A DNA stretch of 53,793 bases, the filler included, from Bipalium vagum (Eukaryota), in NCBI GenBank assembly GCA_037834085.1. It is 3 parts of 3 records of this genome, joined end to end, with 100 filler letters (N's around TTAATTAATTAA, not from the genome) between each part and the next. Parts side by side here need not be neighbours in the genome. Positions count along the whole stretch, not along the records: positions 36,138 to 53,793 come from JBBMKC010057032.1; 2 more parts are not named here. One strand, written 5' to 3'. The notes below the pieces were generated by a model. That model was not told where the DNA came from. It made no database searches and worked only from the letters and a program-made list of their open reading frames with translations. Each line of letters begins with the position of its first letter. Position 1 is the first letter of the stretch. This document shows positions 37,554 through 50,200 of this stretch, piece after piece. The position numbers were made by a program, and so were the translations under genes.

Positions 37554-39538
37554 ATTTAACCTATTAAAATCTTATTTTATTTTCAACAAAAGACAAAACT
37601 TATTTTCGTTGTCAGTCATGAAATTGGCATAGTTGGAGTAAACGTTTGTTCTAACCCCTCATTCATTTAGAAATTGACAAATGTCTAAATACTTAATTCC
37701 TCGCTATTCGTCCTTCAACTCTTTTAAACGAGAGTGAATAAACAAAACAGGACACCTTGGACTAACGAAAAATATCTCAGTATACTGAAAGTTTCATGAA
37801 AGAACACTCCCACCTAAAATCCACATAAATATAATTTAAAAATTTTATTTATTTCATTTACAAAAGATATGAATTGAAAAAACTCAACTGTGTATGTTAA
37901 AATATAATGTAAACATTGTTTAAATATAATGCAAATAAAAGTTGGTTTCATGAATTTTTTGTTTGAATTAACTTTTGACAAATTTTCCTAGGATATTGTA
38001 TAAATAAATATTTATTGATTTTTACAAAATTATCGTTTTATTTCGCTTTACATTTCGGTTAATAATGTGCTGGTTTCCGTTTCAATTTTTTTTACAAAAA
38101 CTGAATTCATTTATCGTATTTTTTGATATTGACAAAATTAAAACAATGATGTCTTGTAATTGTTATGTGAATGTCTAAAATTTATTATAATATACCACAA
38201 TGAATATTATTTTTATTACTTTAAAGTCATGATTTAATCGAATGGTCTTTGATCACTAATAATAATAATAATTATTATTATTAATCAGATGAAAACCAAA
38301 TTGGACTTTTAGAAAATATTGGTTTTGTTTAAAACAGAAGTTAAAAATTTTCTCAACAATTATAATTTAATTATTTAACGAAAATTTACTCAAAGATCTA
38401 AACATTAAACATTAATATCCAACAAAATGTTATCAATTTAATTGGATCCACGTAAATTAAATAATTTATAATTGATGTTCAATCAATTACTTTAATAAAA
38501 CAAACTTATTTTGAAGATCTCAATGAAACGAGAAAAAATCAACAGACATTTCTACTCAGAAAATTTTCTAAATACCCAAATGAATGTGGAAACTTGTTTT
38601 ATCAATATATAAGTATAAGCGAGCATATTGAAAGAAAATAAAATCTCTACAACAAATATTCGAAAGGGCAAACAATAAAAACTCACTTTGGAAAATTTTT
38701 ATTCATACATAGTAAAAATCAAATGGAAATATTCATTGTCAAACACAAACGTCTCTTAAATAATTGAAAAATATCCATTCTCCTCAACGTTGTTATTCGG
38801 TGTGCATTCTATGCTTTTGTACTCCTTCCCATTGCAGCGTGTACAATTTTCCTTCATACGACCCACAAGGCTACGTGCTGATTGATTGTTTTCTGCCTAT
38901 CTAAATATAATTACTCCAACCAACACTCTGTCTCTCTGGGAACTATTTTTGGATATTGATTTTTATTTTTTAGAATATCAATGCCTCACAAAAGTAAAAT
39001 TCTCGGAATTTTTAATATTCCGAATTGCCATCCCGGTATCCATACTAACCATTGTGTCTCGCACTTTATCGGTATTAATTGCTGAAGGAAAATAAATAAT
39101 CAACAAAATCACTGGGGATTAGACGAACAGATAAACTATTTTTCTATTTATTTTCCAGAAAAATTTTATTTTCCCGTTTTATTTATGCTCAACTGTGACC
39201 TGAATTCATTCATTTTTCTTTTCATTCAGTTTTTTGTTGCTACTATTACTATTTTTAGGGCCGTAAAATTGTAAAGGTCACAAATATTGTAAATAATAAT
39301 ATAATTACTATTTGTTATAAATTAGATAATTTTTCAATATTGAAAAAATATTTTTAAGAAGAAATATTTTATTTTATATTTTAATATTTATATTTATAAT
39401 ATTTATTACCATTGTCAGTAGTTTCATATTTTTAAAAATAATAATTCGATTTTAGTAAATTTTAGTATTATTTTTTATTTTTCCGTGATTTCGTTGAAAT
39501 TTTTTTTCAGTATTTGGTGCTGCTTTTCAGAAGATATA

Positions 39539-41327
39539 CAGGGTGTTCCAATTTAAGATTATATTTTAAATTTTCAATAAAACAAGCAAAACGTATAAAA
39601 TTTAGCAATATATTTATTTACAATTATAGTACATGGATTCCGATTTATCAATGAAAAATAATTCCATGCAAATAACCTTTTGCTGCTACGCAGCAAAAAA
39701 CTATTCTTTTGTTAAGTTTGCTAAAAGGTGGATTTAAAGATGAATAACTTTGCGGTTTTCTTTTCTTGAATGCTGGTAAATAAAATGTCCTACTGGTAGT
39801 TGTTTTTCAACTTTTCTTCGAGCTGTAATATTTTTGTCTCTAATTCTAATTATTCCCATTATTTTTTTATTTAATTTTTAATAATAGTAACTTTATGTTA
39901 CTAATTTGTAAATTATTATATATTTCTATTTATAGTAAATTATATAAGTTTTTTACTTTATTTATTTATTTAGTAACTTTTTGTTACTACCAAATTTTTT
40001 GACTAAAATTTTTTTATTACTCATCTAAATAACGATTTTTATTAATTATTATAATTTATATATTTTTTATTTTTATTATACAGTATATAATTTTTATATT
40101 TTAGTTTATTAAAATTTATATTATTTTTTATATTCTATATTATTTTTATATTTTATTTAATAAGATAAGAAAGAAAAATAAATTAATAAATATGGGTTTA
40201 AACTTTAACATAAAAAACTAAAAAAATATACGCTATATATCTTTACGTCAAATAAAAACAGAATTAAGAACAAAAAAATCGGATGAATATCATTGCTTGA
40301 TATTTGAATTGGATTGGATTGACGAACTGGGACATAAACCTGGGAGTCTACATACTTTTACAAAGATTTTCTATTATATTTTGGCGTAAATATAGTTTAA
40401 TTTCACCAATTTCATAGATGATATTCTCCTACAGATAAGCATTTGTATAAGGATCTCTAATAAAGACCCTTTACTTATATAGTTTCAACAGACAACCTAG
40501 AGGCCTTAAATCGCATTTGACGGTCATTTGATGTTTGCTTGTCACCAAATTGTTATCTTAAAAGGCCAACTGTATCTTTTGCCGTATGAGATGTGGCACA
40601 ATTCTGCTGAAACCATATGTTCCTGATATTCATACCTTCCAATATATGAAAAAAAATTTTCAATGATATTTCGATATCGACCTCTGGTAACTGTTACATA
40701 ATTCCCTGCTTTATTCTAAAAAGAATACGGACCGATAAAACCAGCTGTCCATAAACCATACTAGACATTTACTTTTGGTGGATGGAATTGTTTTTGTAGT
40801 ATTTCTTGTGGATATTCATTGTTCCAAATTCAACAAACCTGTGTGTTCACAAATGGCCAATTTCAAATTAGACTTCATCGCCAAAAATTACTTTTAAAAA
40901 AATTTTTCATTTCATGCATTTTTTCAATGACCCATTTACTAAATTTAAGGCGTAATTCAAAGTCTGTCGGGTGTATTTTTTGGAGTAATTTGAATCTTAC
41001 ACCTGTAATATTTGTTTTCAAACGACTACTTCTATGATATTCTTGACATCTTTTATCGAGCCACTTTCTATAAATTGTTTGATAAATTTTTGAATTGTCA
41101 ATGTGACGGAAAACTTTCTCTTCCATATTCAGACTGACATTTTCTGCCAATTTCGGTATACCTTTCCGAGTATTTACAATAATTTTTACCATAAACGCTC
41201 GTTGTTCAATGGAATAACGATTCATTTTTAAAAAATGCACTAATTACTATTTCGTATTCCACAACTATTGATTTAATAAAACAAAACAAAATTAAATTTA
41301 AAATGTAATTTAAATTGGAAAGCCCTA
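39539..41327 (-). mobile_element. rosa/DD41D-like ITm transposon, decayed, with internal foreign segment
   Basis: TIRs CAGGGTGTTCCAATTTAAGATTATATTTTAAATTT and (rc) TAGGGCTTTCCAATTTAAATTACATTTTAAATTT, with TA flanks. Transposase relics MNRYSIEQRAFMVK..HPTDFELRLKFSKW..FHPPKVNV*YGLWTAGFIGPY..WFQQNCATSHTA..KGYLHGIIFH*. Confidence 0.8.
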
Positions 41328-41335
41328 TATATATT

Positions 41336-42565
41336 CAGTCTGACTGTCCAGTAAAAAAATTACAACATTTACATATTGTTAATATTTGGTATATCCTCCA
41401 TATCGGTTATTGGGGAAAGCCTTCGCTCCATAGAATCTACAAGGCTGTACCAGTAATTCTCTTCTTCCGTGATAGTGGTCCACAAATCCTGACACTTGCT
41501 GAACAGGTGTAATTGGCTTTATGAGCATATGATTAAGCTGGTGTTTCATGCACCCCAACACATTTTCGATGTGGTTAGAGTCGGGACTGCTGACCATAAC
41601 AAAAGAGGTAACTCATGATCATCGAACCAATTTCCTGTAAATTTGGCAGTATGAATTGGTGCATTGTCTTGGTGGTAGAATGCTATGTTGTTCATTTGAT
41701 TGACGAAAGGAAGGAGGTTTTGTTCTAATAGCTCAGCATATTCTTCAGAATTAAATCGCTGTTGAATTCTAACCAAATTACTGTAACCATCTCTAGAAAA
41801 CGATCCCCACATGAACTTCTCTTTGGAAGATGGGTAACAAACCGATCCTGCAGTCTAGTGCTTTTCCTACGCCATACAAACTGTTGTCTATTATTCATCT
41901 GGAAATTTGATTCATCACTGAAGATGATTGCTGACCAGATTGTTTGGCGATGCTGTTGTTCCCACAACAAACGCTCTGCTTTGTGAGCCTTTGAAAAGAA
42001 GGGCTTGTGTGCTGGAAAAAAATTTTAAAAACCAATATCCTTCAAGCGGCGATTGATTGTGCCATAATATACTTTTTGAATTGCAGACAAGTCTGGTGCT
42101 ACTTTCCGAGTTCCTTTGAACGGATATTGTTCGACATATCTCGCAATAGGCCCGTCAAACCTATCTGTTGTTTTTCGCGGTCTCTTACATTTTATACGGT
42201 TTCCTTCATTTGGCAGATCATTATTGAGGTTTCGCTGGCAATATTTTCTGACAGCAGACAGTGTCAAATAAATACTGGCTATCTGTTCATATGTCCATTC
42301 CGCATGTTTACTTAATGCATAAATCTGTCCTTTGTCAAAAGACGTTAAATCGAAACCACGCATTTTGAGGAATATACTGGAAATTAAACGAAACCAATAT
42401 TTTAGCTGAATTATAAAGCAAAAAACACTTACATGGTTTAACAAAATGAATTACAAAATTTTAAATTAGAATTGACAACTATAAATAATCTAATATATAT
42501 AACAAATTTATTTAATTGAAAAAGTGTTGAATTTTTTGTATTGGACAATTTAATGTATCAGACTG
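41336..42565 (-). mobile_element. Full-length Tc1 (DD34E) element, 1230 bp
   Basis: TIRs CAGTCTGA[9-bp deletion]CTGTCCAGTAAAAAAATTACAACA and (rc) CAGTCTGATACATTAAATTGTCCAATACAAAAAATTCAACA; TA on the right flank. Confidence 0.9.
41379..42363 (-). pseudogene. Tc1 transposase pseudogene (frameshifted)
   Basis: Reads MRGFDLTSFDKGQI..RPRKTT..TINRRL..WSAIIFSDESNF..MWGSFS..YHQDNAPIHTAK..SPDSNHIENV..YGGYTKY*. Confidence 0.92.
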
Positions 42566-42589
42566 TATATATATAAGAATAATAAAACA

Positions 42590-43588
42590 TAACATGTGGG
42601 TCGCAAATATTGAGGCAAAATGCTTAGCTAAATATAGATATCTGAACATGCAAAAATATAATTAATTTTATATTTTTTTATAGATTAGAAAATTTTTCAG
42701 ATTATCATTTGACAGATGACGAAAAAGCCGATCTTCGCAGATGTATCTCTAGTTTGATTAGACAAAAGAAGAAAACCGAATTGATAAAACATTTTCAATT
42801 GGAAAAGGTACCCTTACAACGATCTATCAAATCATCAAACGCTTTGAGAATGGTAGTCAATATAAAAATATGGCAAGAAAATGTCGTCCAAATAAATTAA
42901 GCAAAAAGCAGCAGCAACAATTGAAAGATTGTGCGAAAAATACTGTTCGTGTGAGCCAAAGAAAGCTCGCTTCAAAATGTAATGTCTAGAGATCTTGCAT
43001 TCATCGAAATATTTTAAAATTTGGTTTAAAATATTACGAGATAAAAAGCGCCAAAGTACAATCAACTACAGTTTGAACAAATGTCTACCAAGTATCTACA
43101 ATTAAGAAGTTTATTAAACCAAAGAAAATTCATAGTGATGGACGACGAAAAATATTTCAAATTTTCCTCTGATAATATTCCCAGAAATTCAAGATTTTAT
43201 TCATGCGACAAACGAAGTAGTCCAACAGATGTAAAATTTAAATCTAAAGAGAAGTTTGCATCAACAATTCTTGTATTGGTGACTATATTCAGTAAAGGTG
43301 TTTCTGAAGCATTTTTTAGAAAGACCAAAGGTTAATGCAGATGTTTTATCTCCCAAAATGTTTACCAAAATTATTACATTTTATCAAAAACATCATTCAC
43401 AAGATGAATACATTTTTGGCCAGACCTTACCAAGGCTCACTATGTAAAAACAACAGCAGATTGGCTCGATCAACACAAGATTCCTTTTGTATTGAAACAT
43501 ATAAATTTTCCAAACGTTCGTAAACGTAGGCAAATCGAAGATTTTTGATCGATTTTGGTTAATATGGTTTATAAGAAAGGTTGAGTGG
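42590..43588 (+). mobile_element. ITmD37E (DD37E) transposon, frameshifted and 3'-truncated
   Basis: Contains IVMDDEKYF, FWPDLTKAHY and NFPNVRKRRQIEDF*, matching the DD37E signature FWPDLASSHY..NPPNVPQARPIEDFW. Confidence 0.85.
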
Positions 43589-44330
43589 CTATGATGTTAC
43601 CACTGTTACGCTAATACCTCTTTCTCTGGCATGGTGTATGTGAGAGGCAATTTCTGGTGCCGTTAGACGTCTATTACGCTTGCTCGTGATTATAATTCTA
43701 CAGTCTTCTGTATCAGTAGTTTTTCTTGGTCGTCCAGCTCTTTCATTGTTCTTAATAATGCCGGTATCGTTATATTTCTTTATTATAGCGCTGAATGTTG
43801 TATGCCATAATTTTAAATTTCTGCCAATTTGAAGAGCACTGATATTCATTTTATGTTGGGAAATAATCATACACCTTTCTCCAGCGAAATATCATTAGTT
43901 TGTAACCATACCTTAAATTTTTCTATATATTAAAATTATTAAACAATATTAAATTTTTTAAAAAAATCTTACTTATTTTAAAATTCCAACTTAGACAAAA
44001 ACAAAAATTAACTAATTAAGAAATTAACTTTTTAACTAAATTATATTAACAGTTATTTAAAAATATTAATTTAACTTTACTTGCTTTAATTATATCCGAA
44101 TAAAATGATAAAGTTTTTAGAAATATTTTTTAGCTAAATTTTATAAAAATTAGAATTTAGAAAATCATATTGTAAAATTTATTATTTTTGTGTTCTATTG
44201 TTATCTATTTGTAAGGGTCCTAATAAATTTTCAATTACAAATGGTTTTTAAAGAAAACATTAAACTATGTTAGAAAAATTGATCATTTTGCATTTTAAGA
44301 ATGGTGTACAAATATTTTCCGACGGTATTG
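43589..44330 (-). mobile_element. Tc1-family 5' half (paired-type HTH) with one TIR
   Basis: Reads IIKKYNDTGIIKNNERAGRPRKTTDTEDCRIIITSKRNRRLTAPEI. Terminal (rc) CAATACCGTCGGAAAATATTTGTACACC followed by TA. Confidence 0.8.
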
Positions 44331-45069
44331 TATATATAACTTACTTATAATTTATAAAATTAAGCTAACTCATCTTAATCTTATATTTGTTACAATTTTA
44401 ATCTAGGTCTATCTGACTCGATATCTTCAATATGGTTAAAGTCTACGATAATCCTACGGGAAAAACAGATAATATAACTGTGAGATTAATTGACACTAAG
44501 ATCTATTCAATGACAATTCAAATTACCAAAAGAAATTTCAATATTACAGTATTACACGATCTGTGAATAAATAGTCAACACCTCTCTGAATCGTATTCAC
44601 AATGAATCTGTGCTCGATATTTAACATCATTTGCTCGCAATCCGCACTTTTCACCAAACTCTTGATACCAGACTAATGAAACACGAATACGATTTTAATA
44701 ACAAAAACAATAATGACAATAACCACCCTTAAAAAATAGAAATAATATCAATCAATAAAAGTTTTGAAATAGGAATAAGGTTATTAAAAATAATATTAAT
44801 CAATTGTAAAAATTAAAATATGAATATCTCTCTAATCGAGTTCCTGGTCCAACAACGAGTCCTGTAATGGATCGCTTGCCGTCGATCTAACTTTCGGATT
44901 GTATGATAAACGACATGACTGAAATAAAAATTATTTTTATACACAAAAGATTATGGCACCCACTAGCAATCATAGACACATTTCTACAAAAAGAATTAAC
45001 TTAAAATTAACTTTTCTTTTCGTTTTCCATAACGCGAGAACTTATAAAACAAATTTTCTATCTGATATT

Positions 45070-45240
45070 TCTTGCTCCGACCTTCACCAGCTCTTAATGG
45101 TCTTCCTAAATATCATAGTACAACTAATCTGTTCTTAAGCTCCTAATGCTGAGAACATATTCCCCTGCTTACCAAATAAGACTTATTGCTCCCTTTTAAC
45201 TTACTTCCGGACAAATCAAATTGATCAAGTCTTAATAAAT
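45070..45240 (+). mobile_element. Penelope-like reverse transcriptase relic
   Basis: Reads PALNGLPKYH..YSPAYQI (compare PxLYGLPKxHK..SPxY). Confidence 0.45.
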
Positions 45241-46517
45241 AATTAACAGTCAAAGAAAATAATCAATTTGTGACTTATCCGCTAGAAGATAATAATTCAG
45301 ACAGTTAATCCTGCAATATTTTATTTTTTATAATTATTTTAGTTTTTAAATCGTACCATATATATTTTTCTTATAATATTTTATAAATTATATATGGTTA
45401 TTTTTATTGTCTATTAAATGCTTCACGCTAATCACATTGTTTTTCATATATGCTCGCATGAGTCCCGACAGACAGAAACACGTTTTGAAATACAAAAACT
45501 AGTCACAACCGTCTGTAGTACGTAGACATTTATAGTTCGTGGATCTTGTAAATTTAGGTCTCCTCAAATGTCCAAAATGAAATTATTACAACTAAATTTA
45601 ATCCGCTGTAGTCACACTGTTAAATAATATACATATTTTAATGATTTTCTATACATACAACATTTCCACTACCGTAAAACCAATTATAAAATATCAAGGA
45701 GATCAATCAAATATTGATATTTTATAAATTTCTGAACCCTGCAAACCTAACCATATATTTCAAAAAGAAAGATTTGTTCGTTTATAGTTGAAATCACAAG
45801 TTCTTGAAATGCTGTAAATACTATTACTATATTATATTACTAGTTTATAATCATAATAATTATTATATAAACTTTTAATTGAAAAAGAATATATGTGAAA
45901 TTGAAAACAATAGAACAAAATAATGTTCATCTCGCATGGAATTAAATTCATCGGTATAATAAGAAAAGAAATATAGAAATCTTTGGTATTTGTATATATT
46001 ATCGAAATGTTTGTATATATTATCCACCGAATTTTGGGAAACTTTATTGATGTGGTAGTGAAAAATGTAAAGAAATGCCTTAAAGGATATTCAGCATCAT
46101 GGTCGAAATCAAGGGCATTGTCAAACATTAACTGTTATTTGATACTGAAATTTAGTACGGATTATCAAATTTTAATTGATCATTTCCGATCGTATATCAC
46201 AATTATAAATGATTTTAAATTAAAATAAAATTCGACCATAGAATGTGACGACATGGAATAGCTTCTTCGATTGACGATTTCCCATAGTCTTATATGAAGC
46301 CAAATTGATTATTGATAGACCAAGTCATAATGTACTAATTTTTAATATCCATTTGAAATTTTAATAATAGTTGGTGCTTCCAATCAGTATTGTCACTAAG
46401 AAAAATAATAAAGTAAATCAAATTTTTACACTATACTTTTGTGTATATAGGTAAATTAATATCAATTTGTTTTATTATACTAACCAATGTTTTCGTTTAA
46501 AAGTGAAATTTTTATCA

Positions 46518-47230
46518 TGAGTCATGAAGCAGTACAATATCGATGTGTCATACGATTTTTGTTATGAAGGGAATGAATCACAATCAAATAATTACAAAAT
46601 TGGTTACAGTTTACCAGAAAAACTGTCCATCACTTTGAAAAATATATCACAATGAATTTTTTCATGGTATGACATCACTTTTAAATGAGCACATGCGTTT
46701 GAGGCTTCCTGAAATCAATGACAAGATAACTCAAAAAATAAAAAAATTGTGCAAACAGAGTGGAAAAATATCACGAGAGTTTTGACATCATATTTAAATA
46801 TGAGTAAAGGTACTTTAGATTCTCTCACTACATCTTGCGGCATTCAAAAACTATGTTCTTTATTTGTACCTCGGTTTTCAAATGCTGAAATTTGGAAACA
46901 TCTTTTTGAAATTTTTCAAGAAAATTTGAATATTTATGGAACTGCTGGTAAGGGGTTCTTGGTAATATCATCACTCGAGGATAAATACCACTGCCCATGT
47001 ATATATCAGAGTTTAAGCGAAAATCTCTGGAGCAGAAATTTCCTGGTGAGTCAAGAACAAGAAAATCGGAACTCCTTAATGTTGTTTGTCTTTTGAGATG
47101 CTAAAGGCATTATTTTAATTGACTTCATTGAAAATGGAGGTTATATTTTACTTAAATCTTGTGAAAATGGCAAAAAAGTTGAGACGAAAGACTAGAGTGT
47201 TCAAACTTTATTTCTTTCTTGACAACTCAA
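46518..47230 (+). mobile_element. mariner (irritans-like) transposase relic
   Basis: Reads MSHEAVQYRCVIRF..KLVTVYQKNCPS..GIQKLCSLFVPRF..LMLFVF*DAKGIILIDFIENG. Confidence 0.75.
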
Positions 47231-50200
47231 CAACAGACAATTCCTTTCTACATTAGAGACAATACTTCTTTGGTACAACACTTATATGTGCACATTATTA
47301 ATGTATAGATATTTCTTCCTATTAAATGTACTGTCTCAACTTTTGTTGTTCTGTGAAGCAAGGATAAACCAATATATCACCTTAAAAAATTGGTTTAAAT
47401 CCTTTGGATAGTCTCACAAATTTTCTTTACATTCTCTGCCATACGAATGAAGCAAAGGTGTTATATTCATATTTGTTACTTGATGTTGTGGGAGTGGTTA
47501 ATGATTCCATAATTTCAATTTCAAGTTCCAAATTCATTCATTCATTCTTCATATTTTGATCCATGAAAATCATTGAATATTCAAAGTTAACAGTCATTTA
47601 GCAAAAAAATTTACCTCTAATAGTTAAGAACATTATCTTAATCAATAAATTTAAGAGAAATGTGAAATAAAATAAATAAAAATAATCAATAATTAAAAAT
47701 CTGAAAACTGAATTTCTTAAATATAACTTTTTTTCTAAAATATTTCATTATCAAAGATAAAATTAAACTCTTTTGATTTCAATAATTAAGGTCAAAACAT
47801 TAGAGAATTTGTCAGTAAAGGATAATCATTGTACAAATATTATAAATATAAATTTTATTAAATGTAAATATAAAAATAATAATGTTTTAAATTTAAATTT
47901 AAACCAATCTAAATTTTAGCAAACAAAAAACGTTTCATATTGCTGACCCATATTCTCCTCAGAGCTTTCGTTCCTTTGAAACGACTCAATTCATGAAAAA
48001 AAGTTCATAAAAATATTCCATCATATATTCCTTTGAACATATTTTCTGATCTAGTAAGTGGGTTTTTAGGATAATTAAAAAAAATTCTGAGTGCAAAATA
48101 TTAGTTGAATTTCTGCTATTGATTGTTCTATTTTGTATGATATATGAAGAGCAGCTATATCAAGGAAAAATAATGATTGTTCTAGATAGTCTTCCATTAA
48201 CATATGTTACGTTTTTCTGTTAAATCCCCAAAGATAGTCAACATGACATATTTACAACATGAAGTATCTGAACATATGGTTTCTCACTTGGAGAACCTAC
48301 TCTACATTTACATTCTCACTTAAAATTCGTAAGGTAAAGGCTCAAAGACGTCAATTATTATTTCGGCAGTTAATGATCGTGAGATAATCTGATACACATT
48401 ATTCTGGTTCTATGCTCCTTCGAGAGAAATAAGATAAGAAAAATTTAATTGCAATTATACGCTTGATTTAAATCATAAAATAAATTATTGAATTACTTCT
48501 TTCTTCTCGATGTGTTGTGATTATTTTTCCAAAAATTTATTTCTATAAATAATTTCCAAAATTATTTAGGTTAAATTTAAATATTTTTAAATATATTCAA
48601 CGTTTCCTTTTTAAATAATTTTCGCGATTAAATTTCCTTTCTATAAAATTTTGCTATTATAAAAACCCTTTTAACCTAAAAATATCTAAAATAAACCAAA
48701 AATAAAGATTTCGAACAAAAAAACGTTTATTAAAAACTATTAATTTTAAATTTTGATTCGTCTTTTATATTTTTATTTACCTAAATCCTCTATTGTTTTA
48801 ATAAGTTATTTATAATAATATTGTTAAATGTTTCAATTTTAATTTTAAAGTAAAAAATTAAAAATTTGATTATGAAAGTGATTTTTTGTGTCACTTCGTA
48901 AACTTTTCCTTCAATTAAATTGTGCCAAATCAATTGTGAATATTAAAATAAATGTAAGTAATAAATGTAACTTTATGTGAACTGTTGCATGTTTCTAAAT
49001 TTTATTGAACGATCTTCGAAGTCTCTATTATGTATAATCCTTCTGTACGAATCTTAACAATCGTAAATTGATTTATAGCTTATATAACACAATAGTAAAA
49101 TTGTTTCTTTGGATTTGGAACTAACAAAATTCATGTTAAAATTCGAGAGATTCTTCGTGATAGTATAAATTGAACAGAAAAGTTGGAAGTGGATTTGAGA
49201 TGTGTAATAATAATAATTGTACGAAGTAACAGACATTATGCTCCACCAGAGCTTATTCCTCGTCCCAAGACCAAATCAATGAAATCAGCATATTTCGATG
49301 CTCGATTGTACAGTGATTATTCATCATCAACGATCACACGTCGTACTTGAAAATATGTACCAAACAATGCAAAATATGATTAATAAAAGAGTAGGTATTT
49401 GTGGTACATCCATTTCCAATGACTCACGTAACGCTTGCAAAACAGAATAGGACACCTACGTTGAGAGATACAGTAAGAAAGATACGTTATTTGACAATTG
49501 CAACCAATCAATGACAGTTGCGTTGATGACACATCCAACTTGACTAATAGATTCGTGTGTGTCGGTGTGTATCGAGTTGTGTGGGAGTATGTGTATATGC
49601 AGTAGATTCTTGGCATACAAATCACCAAGCCTCATATTTATTGTTGCCAAAGTTTCTCCAATTTGTTGGAACGAATGCAAATTTTCTATTCAGCATTCGT
49701 CGAAAGCCTCATAATAATATTTGTCGTCGTACGTGTGGAGAAGCGACTTTAGAATATAATACCAAGACATTGTCAGCAACTTATCATTCTATGTCTTTTC
49801 ATCAACGTTGTCAAGGTGAGTTGGGTTATGATTATTTAGTCCCTCTTCATTATTTTTCTATATATAATATAATATTTAATAATGTCATAATAATATTTTA
49901 TGAATTTTATTTTAAAAAATTATTTATTATTAATTGATTGTCATTTTATTAATTTTATAAACATTATTCGATTTTTAATAACTTATTGTACAAAAATAAT
50001 TTTGATCATCAATGAAGTATTAATAATAAATAATAAATATTGCAGATTACAAATTATAATAATAATTTTATTGGTGTTTGTCGTGTTTTTAATTTATAAA
50101 AAATTATAAAAAAGATTTGAAATAATAATTTTCAAATAATTGAATAAAAATATATGAATTATTTTTAGATATTTACTTATTTTAATAGTTATCTTTCAGA

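Noticed and set aside
44560-44930. Minus-strand TGGTATCAAGAG resembling an LTR tRNA-Met primer-binding site
   Set aside because: No second LTR, TG..CA ends or gag/pol motifs could be identified.
49100-49380. Frame that stays open if TGA is read as Trp (non-standard code or NUMT idea)
   Set aside because: Only two TGAs are involved, TAA stops follow, there is no similarity to mitochondrial proteins I recognise, and host genes here use TGG for Trp.
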